Below are positions 1-11,134 of a stretch of DNA of 64,000 bases, piece after piece. Every line of letters begins with the position of its first letter. Position 1 is the first letter of the stretch. Under the pieces are notes generated by a model. The model was not told where the DNA came from, made no database searches, and worked only from the letters and a program-made list of their open reading frames with translations. The stretch is from Octopus bimaculoides (lineage: Eukaryota), in NCBI RefSeq assembly GCF_001194135.2, contig NC_068985.1:86327456-86391455 (forward strand), read 5' to 3'. The position numbers were made by a program, and so were the translations under genes.

Positions 1-33
<33 letters not shown>

Positions 34-103
34 CACACACACATACATATATATATATATACATATATATAATCAAAATAAGCAACAAGGGTATCCAGAG
101 GTA

Positions 104-191
104 ATGCAGTACGATCGTTTCAAGTGACTCCATTTAATTGAACAATTCAATCATTACATCAATTTAAATGCAGAGTAATCTTCAGCTGCAT
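104..191 (-). ncRNA. Type I hammerhead ribozyme-like motif (family 1), stem II imperfect
   Basis: Minus strand reads ATGCAG-CTGAAGA-[long stem II: TTACTC/GAGTCA plus CATTTAAATTGA/TCAATTAAATG]-CTT-GAAA-C-GATC-GT-A-CTGCAT. It has a perfect 6-bp stem I, both core boxes, a palindromic stem III and a GUA triplet. Three unpaired nt precede GAAA. Confidence 0.6.
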
Positions 192-3100
192 AAAGGCATA
201 GAATTAAATTAAAACAGATGGACACATAAGTATAATTTTACCTATATATATATATATTAACACATCCTTTTTGCTATGAATGCTTCCGCTACTGCAGTTC
301 TGCACTTAAAAATTATAACATGTGACTGCTAATTCTACCTTACAAAAATTCTGGTAACTTCTAACAATTACAGAAATGAAACTCACATGTATAGATATAA
401 TCTCCACATGTGTAAATATATTTTTTTTTAGTAATTGATATAAATTTAGCGTGACACTTTAATATAGCTGATTGCTTCTATCTTCACATTTTCTGCCTAT
501 ACCGATACTGTTTGGTTTCTTACTGCCTACACATTCAGTTGTTTAAATCTATTTTTATCTCCCATAAATTTTGTGTTTTTCATTTATCTCTGAATTCTTG
601 CCGTCAATCTCCACCCACAACCTTTCCATTTACAGCTCATTTGTGCGTGCATCAATTCAACTGACCTGTGTCTTGTTTCTAACTTTAATTATATTGTACT
701 TCCTTCCACGTTGTACAATTTTAACATTGACATCACTCCCCGAGCGTCTTCCTCTACTCATCTTCATTCTTGCTTTGACCATCACTACTTTCTTCAGATT
801 CTGCTGTTTTACTTTTTAGTGCATACATCTTATATATCACTTTTCTTGCAGTTAGCTACAAATGCATACAGCACAGTATATGACCTACATCCAAGATAAC
901 TGGAAAAAGCCATCAAGTGGAAATAAATGCAGCAGTGTGAAGAGGATGTGTAAAAGCATTGTGTTCAGACGTTAAACTTGAGATTTATACAAAGCTTTGA
1001 TGCTAGAGAAAACCCAAGGGATTTTGCACAACCATTAAACCTTGTACTGTTGTGATAATAAAGACGAAATTAGGTAAAATCCCGCCGCAGCTATTCTGTT
1101 AATAATCCACTCATGGTTTTCAGTGTTTAGATCGATGATCAAACTGGACATGAGGTACTGCTAGATAAATACAATGTCTACTTTAAATGGAATCTAAAAG
1201 TCTTTTTCAGATGACTTGCATAAAGAAAGAGGTGCAAGCGTTTTGGAAAATGACCTTTTCTGGGCAGTAAAAGCAGGTCTGAGAGTTTTAAGGTGTATTG
1301 TAGATTGGCACATCATTAAAAATGATCTAAGATGCTATCAGTGTTAGTACAAAGGCTGTTGCTAACTAAGGAGCTGACTAGAGAGGATCTACATTGCAAC
1401 TCCATCGTAAATCCTTTCTCTCCTGTTAGTTTAAAATAGATTTTTTGCTATGTGTGTATCAGAATCTGACATGTCAGTGCTCAGAGGCGTTTCTCTTTGT
1501 GCCATGCATAATTACTTCATCACAAGTCACTAAATCTCTTAGGTATGGGTTTTGTGTTGGTGGGGCCTGACAAGGTTTTGGACATTCGGCAAGAGAACTG
1601 GTGTGACATACAGGGTATTGGCAGTGGCCCCACCAGTCTGACAATTGTACTGGCATCAGAGGTGGTCACTCTAGATCTTTTGTTGTTTCCAGTGGTCTTC
1701 AGGGCTGGTACGTGTTTCTCAGAAGACTCAATGTCTCATGAAGCCAAATCAGATGCCTTACAATCTTCCGTGCCATATTCCAAAAAGACTGCTGTTCAGC
1801 AGCTGCTGTCTGCACTGTGTCTACATTTTGTTACCTCAGGAACAGTGCATGTACCACTGTTGTGTTGACGCCCCCAGATGATGAAGTAGGCTAGCCCAAT
1901 ACGTAGATATAGAGGGAGAAGTCTAGACGTCGGGGTAGTTGAGTAGAGGTCATCTGAATGTGCGATATAACAACCACTCATATATTTCTAAGGTGGAGGC
2001 ATTATGTTTTGTGACCTGGTCTTGTGTCCTGGGTGACAGTTCTTCATAGCTTTGGGGTGAATGAAACGTGCACCACTCATGCGGGACTTGGGATGAGTAA
2101 ATCTCTAGCCTGTTCCAATGTTTCCATGCTGACATATATAACAAGGGTATGGATTTGTAAATGACCGTGCGGAAGGAGAGGTGATGAGAATGGCTCCTTT
2201 AGTACATTGCATGGTCGATACAAATAAAATATGAAAAAGGATAAATGAGTATAAGTGCCAGAAGGAAAAGAGAGACACAACCGTGTAGAATGTTTAAGAG
2301 AAGATTTTATTTAGATGTTAACATGTGTGTGCATCATATATACATAATAATAGACGGGCTGTCGAGAGAACAAAGTGTGTGTGTACAAACATGGATGTAT
2401 GCGTGTGCGTTAAGTACAGAGCATTGAAAGAGTCTATAATATGACGTTAGAAGAATGTTCAGACACAAGGATGGTAAATACCAGTTCGTAGTCAAGGTAC
2501 ACAATAGTTGAAATGCTGTATCAAGAAGTTGTGGCTGCAATGCAGAGCCGGTTGAAGTACTGTCATACAAGAAGTTGTGGCTATGATGCAGAGCTGGTCT
2601 CTTGTTACAGAAGCTTGTCGCAGGTTGTATTTGCTGTTAACCATGGTGAAGTAATTCACAAACAGTGTGGAGAAAGAACCTATGCGATCGTTGGTGACTG
2701 CAAATCAAAATTTTTATGCAGCTCAGAGAAATCAAAGTGACGATGGTAGTTGTACAACAGACTAAGTGAAGAAATAACAGGTCTCTAATTCCAAGATTGT
2801 CATTTATTGATGTGTGAAATGTTGTCAATTAACTGGGTAAAATTCTTTTAAATGTGATCTGAAATATTTAGCTTGAAGCGATAGTTTTAGCAGTGTGTAG
2901 CTATATAGCAAGGGAGATTTGGCTGTTAATATCATACACCAACTAAGTTACCATTCATAGGTGAAATAATTTATCGTTTCAACAAAGAAGAAGTGACACT
3001 GAAGGTCATCGATTGCAAAGACTAACTGGAACACAGGTAACTTGGAAAATAGATTTAATCTGAGACTGACTTACTTAAGAAGACCAACAATTCTATTTTA

Positions 3101-3428
3101 TAACAGGTGACCAGAGAATTTTGCGTAGAATTTAACATTGAATATTACTTCAGTCTCTGATTCTAATTCGATCAACTTCATTCAATATAGCCAACAGGGA
3201 GGGCTTTACGTGGCCACTTGATTTGCTGGGAATGGCAACCAAATCTTTCTAAAATCACATTCTACAGATTTCAAAAGAGAAGAGATGTGATCTTTAATAT
3301 TCTGTATCTGAATAAAAGGCAGGATAGTTATACCTAGAACTATTTGTAATTGTAAGTCTGTGCTATCAGATCTGATCTGGGACGAAGCAAATCAATAATA
3401 TGAATAATAAATGATAAATAAATAATAA

Positions 3429-3472
<44 letters not shown>

Positions 3473-3918
3473 TATCTTAGAATAAACTAATTCTACAAGG
3501 AAAATTCTTTACAGAAGCAGTAGAGCGAAATGATCAAAGCAGTTATTAATTTTACAAGCTATCAATTTTGAATCAATGCACACACACACCACACACACAC
3601 ACACACACAAACAAACAAACAAACAAACAAAAGCATACATATACACGTATATATACTGACATTTATTTTAATGTGTATCTTTCGGTTTGGTATTCCGTGT
3701 CCCCATAGTTTAAACTAATTATGCTGTAGTCTTTCCATCCTTTTACGAATTTATTATACTCCATCGCAAACTGAATTACAAAACTTAATTCTGTTCTTGC
3801 TTTGCTACAGAGATTCAGCTGATCTCTCTGAACTTAGAAGGAACATTCATTTCGAAATGCCACTGTCTCAGAGTCTGATACAACACTGAAGTGTACATAT
3901 GTTTTGTCAACACAGCAA

Positions 3919-3960
<42 letters not shown>

Positions 3961-4199
3961 CATACATACATATATTTACATACATATATATACACACATA
4001 TATATACACACATATACATATACATATATGTATATGTGCAAGTAGTAAGCAAGCTACTTACCACACAGCCACTCCTGTGCCTATGTATCAAGAACAATGA
4101 ACAATGAAAACATTTTGAAAACTTTGTATAGGCCTCTGAGCAGGTATTGCCAAGCTTTTGGCAAAATTTGATGCAGATTCTCTGCTCGACTTTGTCTGT

Positions 4200-4344
4200 C
4201 ATTTACATTTGACGGATATTTGTCCTCATCTTGTTTGTTGATAACACAACGTTTCAGCTGATATACCCTCCAGCCTTCATCAGGTGTCTTGGAGACATTT
4301 TGAACCTGGGTTCTCATTCCTAAGGTATTTCTTTTTTTCGTTTA

Positions 4345-4419
<75 letters not shown>

Positions 4420-4495
4420 GGTCACTGCCTGGAATCAAACTCAGAATCTTGGGGTTAGTAGCCTGCATTCTTACCCACTTCGCCATATGCCCGTG
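4200..4495 (-). mobile_element. tRNA-headed, hammerhead-bearing SINE, copy 1 (best preserved ribozyme)
   Basis: A-box-like TGGCGAAGTGG and B-box-like GTTTGATTCC, then (AAT)24, a conserved body, a hammerhead motif and an AATGTAAAT tail. Homologous copies lie at 9352-9701 and 43671-43927. Confidence 0.85.
4243..4288 (-). ncRNA. Minimal type I hammerhead ribozyme motif (family 2)
   Basis: GACAC-CTGATGA-A-GGCTG-GAGGGTATAT-CAGCT-GAAA-CG-TT-GTGTT: 5-bp stem I, 5-bp stem II, loopless palindromic ACGU stem III, GUU triplet. One extra A follows CUGAUGA. Confidence 0.7.
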
Positions 4496-4837
4496 GGTAT
4501 AATTCCTCATCTCTTAAATATAGAACTGTATTTCTCTATCATGTTCAATGCAATGCTCTCACACTACATATCTTCCTTCCAAGCAGTGCTGTAAACAGTG
4601 GAAGTAAGCTAGAATGTTAAAACTTAGTGTGAATGCACAGCAGGGTTCAAGGTCAATCTGTACCAAGCAACTTCCCTCATTGTGCCTTAGCTTCGTTATT
4701 ATAGTAACAGTCCGGATACTTATTGATCTGGCCACATACTTACATACATACATACATAAATACGTACATATATATCTATCATATATATATATATATATAC
4801 ACACATACATATGTATGTATATACATGCATATGTATG

Positions 4838-4874
<37 letters not shown>

Positions 4875-5767
4875 ATATACACACACATATATAATACATA
4901 TATACATATATGTATATGCACAGACATATGTGTATATGCGTGTGTATGTGTGTGTATGCATACATATACTTATATTCTTTTGTACAGGTATACTTGAATG
5001 TAGCTACACTTTCATATACATGTATGCACACACACACACACACACACACATTATATACATAGATACACATATACACATATGTGTATATGAATGTATATAC
5101 ATATGCATATACATATATGAATGCTTATGTCCATGTGCATGCACTTTTAAATCTTGGCATTTATATAAAAACTAGGCCAGACCCTAACTTACATTTTTCT
5201 TGTATACTTATTAAATTTCTATATTTTTTGAGGTCTACCTTAAACGGCTCCTGGCAACTACTTACCTTACTTCAATGAATGCATACTATTGAATGTGTTC
5301 ACACTTATACATCTTTCATCTGTTACATTCCTAAATTTCCTCATGTTCACTTTGGTATTTCTCCTTCTCCCTCATGAGTAATTTCGTAAAGTTGCTTATC
5401 TCCCTTCATATTAACTTTTCACTCATCATATTTGCCTGATGTAACTACACTGTTTCAAATTTGAAACAAAAAATTATTTTTCTCTTTACTTTTGACTATC
5501 TACACTGCTTTTTAAAATTTCCAATGTAACTTAGACATTTCTCAATAATTATTGAAAAATTCTTACAATGTCCCTCACTCTGTGGAACATTGCATCTCTA
5601 ACTTCAACAAGAGTTCACTAACAATAACATTAACATAACAGGTTTCCTTTATTCATTCACTGACTGATCTCTCTTTCATTCTGCTTCCTTGACAATTGCT
5701 CAATGTTTACAGCTATTTAGGATAATTCTTCTCTCAATATGTTTATATATACATTCACACACACACA

Positions 5768-5812
<45 letters not shown>

Positions 5813-6025
5813 NNNNNNNNNNNNNNNNNNNNNNNNNNNNNNNNNNNNNNNNNNNNNNNNNNNNNNNNNNNNNNNNNNNNNNNNNNNNNNNNNNNNNNNN
5901 NNNNNNNNNNNNNNNNNNNNNNNNNNNNNNNNNNNNNNNNNNNNNNNNNNNNNNNNNNNNNNNNNNNNNNNNNNNNNNNNNNNNNNNNNNNNNNNNNNNN
6001 NNNNNNNNNNNNNNNNNNNNNNNNN
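5813..6025. other. Assembly gap (others: 8197-8266, 15592-15904, 16585-16594, 24736-24911, 35699-35778, 56660-56685, 62242-62337)
   Basis: Runs of N, mostly flanked by microsatellites or homopolymers. Confidence 0.99.
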
Positions 6026-6489
6026 ATATATTATGTATGTATGTGTGTATGTATGTATGTATGTATGTATGTATGTATGTAGGTAGGTAGGTAGGTAGGA
6101 ATAGTTTACTGTTCCATAATTGGTGGAATCAACAGAAAGTACAGTATCCAGTGACAGATAAATATAATTTAGTAAACACAAGATTTAAAAGTGAGATACT
6201 GTAAGTTTCAAGTTTCTGATAATAGAATGGTCGGATTACCTTGTAAATTATACTCTATATTATCAGACAATCATTTAGGAACAAAGTACAACATGACTGC
6301 TCCTGAGAAAAAGTGAGAAAGAATGAGAAAAAATACAAAGAAAAAAGTAAATGAAAAAGGGGAATGAGAAAAACGAATACAGAGGGAAGGGAGATAAAAA
6401 GTTGCATCTCTTTGACTCTTTAAATGGAAATTAATTATGGTTAGTGAAGTTAATTCAACAGGGAAAGGCTAAAGTTTGTGAGAACGGAT

Positions 6490-6785
6490 CCTTAATCAAG
6501 AGAGTGTGGCTTTTTTCCAGTTTGATAATAGAAACTTATCCAGATGTATACATTTGGAGAAAATCTCAAATCTAGGAATCCAATAGGTTAGTTGAATTCT
6601 TTGACTTAATATGGATATGAGTTCTTTCAGTTATACAAAGCCTGCAAGTCCATGATCCATTATCATATAGCATGAATTGTTCGATAATGGTGTGCTGGGC
6701 TATTGTTGGCCTTCAAATTCCAGATATAACCAGATGTAATAGTTTTCTTCTTATCAATATGTTGGAAAAAGATTGTTATTGGCAT
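6490..6785 (-). mobile_element. Degenerate Penelope-like element, C-terminal part of the GIY-YIG endonuclease region
   Basis: Frameshifted translation SFQHIDKKKT..SGYIWNLKANN..YDNGSWTCRLCITERTHI..FSKCIHLDKFLLSNW resembles the YIW.LK, C..C..EK and SKCRH motifs of PLE endonuclease C-termini (recognised by eye). Confidence 0.55.
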
Positions 6786-7787
6786 ATATATATGTGTGTG
6801 TGTGTGTGTGTATTTTCACATATGTGTGTGTGTGTGCATGTTCATGTATCTATGTATGTGTGTGTGTATTTGTTTACAGTTATGTATCTATATGTATCTT
6901 TGTACTTAGTCTCATTGAAACATAGAAATTGATCTATTGGTTGCTATGCTGTCTGTGTGTCTATGGTTTTGGTCTCACCCAGTGTTAAGTCATAAGCCAT
7001 TCTTACCATTATATTTATTTTCTTATTTAATTTCCAATAAAAAAAAAATGGGTGTTTATCCGTTTTCAATATTTAGCTTTAAAAAAACTGACTGCTACAA
7101 GACACCCCCCTTCTCCAGTCTCTCTTTACTTTCTCCACCTCTATTTCTCTGTCACCTTGTTACACACACACACACACACACTAAAACACACACACACACA
7201 TGCACACTAAAACACACACACACATGCACACTAAAACACACACACACGCACACTAAAATACACATACACACGCACAAACACCTCCCCCACACATTCTATG
7301 AAAGATTAAACAAATTTAAAGATTTTTCTCTGATATATTTTCTCCATTTCTGTTTAATTTCTACAACTGCACAATATCGTTTTTTTACCTTGAATAAAGA
7401 TATAACTTTAATTCATCCAGGTTATATTCCCATTCATTTCCAATCCTTTGTTTTCTCAGTTTTTAAACTCTTCAAATTAGATGCAAACATCTACCTGTTG
7501 AACTGTTTTCACATCAATTATTTTCCTTACCTTTCAACTAAATACAATTTCAATCTTTAATCTTCCTTCAACACCTCAATTGTGTATTATTGGCCATTAT
7601 ATAACCTTAATAGTTATTGTCCAAGTTTACTCTGGCTATACGTAGTTGACCCTCATAATAATCTCTGTTATCTACAGGAGGTACCAGCAACAGCCATACT
7701 CAAATGGTGTTTTCTATGTACCACCGGCACAAGTGCCAGTAAGGCGATGCTGGTAATGATCATGCTCAAATGGTATTTTTTACGTGC

Positions 7788-7823
<36 letters not shown>

Positions 7824-7828
<5 letters not shown>

Positions 7829-8039
7829 TGTGTGTCTGTGTTTGTCCCCCACAACATTGCTTGACAACCAATGCTGGTGTGTTAATGTCTCTGTAACTTA
7901 GCAGTTCGGCAAAAGAGTCCGATAGAATAAATACTAGGCTTACAAAGAATAAGTCCTGAGGTCAATTTCTTTGACTAAAGGCAGTGCTCCAACATGGGCG
8001 CAGTTAACTGACTGAAACAAGTAAAAGAATAAAAGAATA
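7824..8039 (+). mobile_element. SINE-like repeat with AAAGAAT tail
   Basis: Homologous inverted partial copies at about 56404-56513 and 27560-27620. Follows a (TA)n tract and ends in AAAAGAATAAAAGAAT. Confidence 0.6.
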
Positions 8040-8112
8040 TATATATATATATCAATGAAAAATATTTCAATACAAATGTATTAATTTCCAGCAAAAAATA
8101 GCCCTATAAGGG

Positions 8113-8194
8113 TATATATATATATAAATTCAGAAGAGTGGTACAAAAAATTTTGGTGCCTTGTACCACTCTTCTGAATTTATATATATATATA
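8113..8194. repeat. Short perfect inverted repeat (34-bp stem, 14-nt loop)
   Basis: AAATTCAGAAGAGTGGTACAA (8126-8146) is the reverse complement of 8161-8181, extended by (TA)n on both sides. Confidence 0.9.
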
Positions 8195-9065
8195 CANNNN
8201 NNNNNNNNNNNNNNNNNNNNNNNNNNNNNNNNNNNNNNNNNNNNNNNNNNNNNNNNNNNNNNNNNNACTCACACACACATATATACATTTTATTTATACT
8301 TCTATTTTATGTGTAATTGTGTGGGCATATTCCAAGAGGTGTGTGTGTGTGCGTACATGTGTGTGTGTGTGTGTGTGTGCGTGCGCGTGTACATGTGTGT
8401 GTGTGTGTGTGCATAATTGTATGTTTATATTTTCCTTTTATTGGTGAAGTCTCATGAGGAAGGGCAGTGCTGATGTCATTTAGTTGAGCCTGAGAGATTG
8501 AGAAAAAGAGTGGGAGGAACCATCTACTTCAATGCAGTGCACACTGATCATCACATTCAACGGCCGATTGAAAATATTGAATGCTGCTTTGGTGTGCACT
8601 TGAGTGTATGTGTGTGTGTGTCTGTGTGTGTGCATACGTGAAAGACGCATCTATGTTCTTTTTTTTTTTCTCTTCCAGCTAATATATACACCAAGTTGTT
8701 CAACCCATCATATTTTATGGAACCATTAAATAAGAGATATTTCTATACAAATTATTTTTAGCAATGTACTCTTATTTTTTGAAATACATTTTATCTCGTT
8801 ACAGTTTTGCAATCTTAATTTTGGTCATGAGCTGTTGTTGTCTGGCGGGGGGTGGGGGTGCTGTTCATCTAACCATTAATGATATCATGCTATATATGAG
8901 GTAATAATTTATAATAATATGTCATGTGATCTGACTCTTCAGTGCCTCATGCACAAACATACATAAACACACAAACATACATAAACACACATACATACAT
9001 GCATACATATCTTGTAAAATTAGTGTTTCAGCTAGTTGAATTATCAATTTATGATTAATGTTTAG

Positions 9066-9066
<1 letters not shown>

Positions 9067-9142
<76 letters not shown>

Positions 9143-9204
9143 AGGAGGAGGAGGAGGAGGAGGAGAACGAGGATGCTGCTGCTGCTGATGATGATGATGA
9201 TAAT
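9067..9204. repeat. Compound trinucleotide microsatellite
   Basis: (ACT)n-(GCT)n-(GAT)n-(GAG)n-...-(GCT)n-(GAT)n-AAT. Confidence 0.95.
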
Positions 9205-9351
9205 CCTTTCTACTATAGGTGCAAGGCCTGAAATTTTGGAGGTGGTAGCTAGTTGATTACATCAACCCCAGTATTCAACTGGTACTTATTTCATTGATAC
9301 CCAAAAAAGATGAAGGGTAAAGTTGGCCTCAGCAGAATTTGAACTCAGAAT

Positions 9352-9701
<350 letters not shown>

Positions 9702-9896
9702 TTGCTCAAGTGCCACACCATGGTGGCAGGGGTTGTCCAGATAAGGGTACACCAGGCACACGCATTACAACCATATGTGCATGACATAGTGATCTCATAT
9801 CAAGACAAACAGTGCATGACCTTGCAGGTGGGGCCCAGTTAGGATTTTCCTCAGGTCAAGTAGCACATCCTGCTCAAAAGGTCTCTGAATAAGGGT

Positions 9897-9944
9897 TGTT
9901 ATGAAGGAATAATAATATTAATAATAATAATGAGAATGAGAATG

Positions 9945-10010
<66 letters not shown>

Positions 10011-10278
10011 TACAGAAATAAATTTATTTCTCAAACGCGTGATAATGCTATAAATAGCATGATCAGGATAAATTATCCATATAATGCAGAAAAATACGTT
10101 GCCGGCCAGCCCACAGAGATGTGAGTTTGAGTCTCATGGCTAGCCGGCAACATATTTTTCTGCATTATATGGATAATTTATCCTGATCACGCTATTTATA
10201 GCATTATCACTCGTTTGAGAAATAAATTTATTTCTGTATATTATTATTATTATTATTATTATTATTATCATTCTCATT

Positions 10279-10312
<34 letters not shown>

Positions 10313-10322
10313 CTTCATAACA
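9897..10322. repeat. 426-bp foldback: palindromic MITE-like core plus mirrored flanks
   Basis: Arms 9897-10111 and 10138-10322 are reverse complements. About 103 bp of unique core carries 4 mismatches. Both arms carry (AAT)n with the same GAGAATGAGAATG interruption and end in TGTTATGAAGGA. Confidence 0.92.
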
Positions 10323-11058
10323 CAGTGTAGGTAAAAATGCATTGGTGTCAAGTCACAACAAGGACCTCAGACAGATAATACTTTCCTTAAGATGTGCGCT
10401 TTTTGCAAGACATCAATCTTTCATGGGATTTCCAGTTGCTTTTAGAAGTCTTGAAGTTTCAATGGGATTGAACCCAATGCTCCGATCACCACTGGTATCA
10501 CTTTTACATTACCCTCTCACATTCCATACAGTCTTGCCATTTCCACTTTCAATTCAGAATACTTGGTGGGTTTTCAACCTCTTTACTCACAAGATTCGTG
10601 TCATTTGGTATGGCTACATCAATGATCTGATAGTATTTGTCTCTCTTATTCAATATGACAATATCCGGCCAGTGGTATTCAATTAAACGATCCGTCTGAA
10701 AATCATAGTCCCAAAGTATCGTCACTATTTCACCCTCCTACATAACTTTAGTTGGTACATGCTCATACCAGTTCTCTGTTACTTCATATTAGTATTTATG
10801 GCATAAGAACCAATGAAGATACACACAAACTTTATTGTGGTGGTGCTTGTATTCTTTTTGTGTTAGGCTCTCACAACCACTTATGAAGTGAGTCACATTT
10901 TCCACACTCTTTCCACAGGGTCTACATTTCTGGGTGTCAGAAGTTTTATAGATATTATACTTCACTGAATTGGTAGTAAAAACCTGGTCTTGTGCAGCAA
11001 TGATCAGGCTTTCGGTGGTACACTTCAATCACCTCATTCAAGCCCTGCCTACAATGCT

Positions 11059-11059
<1 letters not shown>
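10311..11059 (-). mobile_element. 5'-truncated Dong/R4-type non-LTR retrotransposon (zinc knuckle, REL endonuclease, 3' end)
   Basis: KCRPCGKSVENVTHFISGC (CCHC), ILWDYDFQTD..WPDIVIL..IIDVAIPND..KY (PD-(D/E)xK REL), then AHILRKVLSV*. (TAA)n arrays lie at both ends. Confidence 0.88.
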
Positions 11060-11131
<72 letters not shown>

Positions 11132-11134
11132 CAT

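Larger units (their letters stand above)
4110..4738 (-). mobile_element. Mariner-like transposon 5' remnant (TIR plus transposase N-terminus), split by a SINE
   Basis: TIR-like 4708-4736 next to TA and homologous to 46033-46061. ORF start MTDKVEQRICIKFCQKLGNTCSEAY resembles a mariner N-terminal HTH. 4540-4738 aligns by eye with 45870-46063. Confidence 0.75.

Noticed and set aside
1683-1700. CTGAAGA..GAAAC on the minus strand (hammerhead-like core)
   Set aside because: Stem II cannot form without consuming G12, and there is no stem III, NUH triplet or stem I.
900-2240. GC-richer block suspected to be a Penelope, THAP or LTR fragment
   Set aside because: Only vague motif resemblances with no ordered diagnostic motif set; left unclassified.
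4420-4495. tRNA-like sequences (also about 9352-9425 and 43674-43748)
   Set aside because: These are SINE heads: no complete cloverleaf or acceptor stem, and they are fused to a repeat body.
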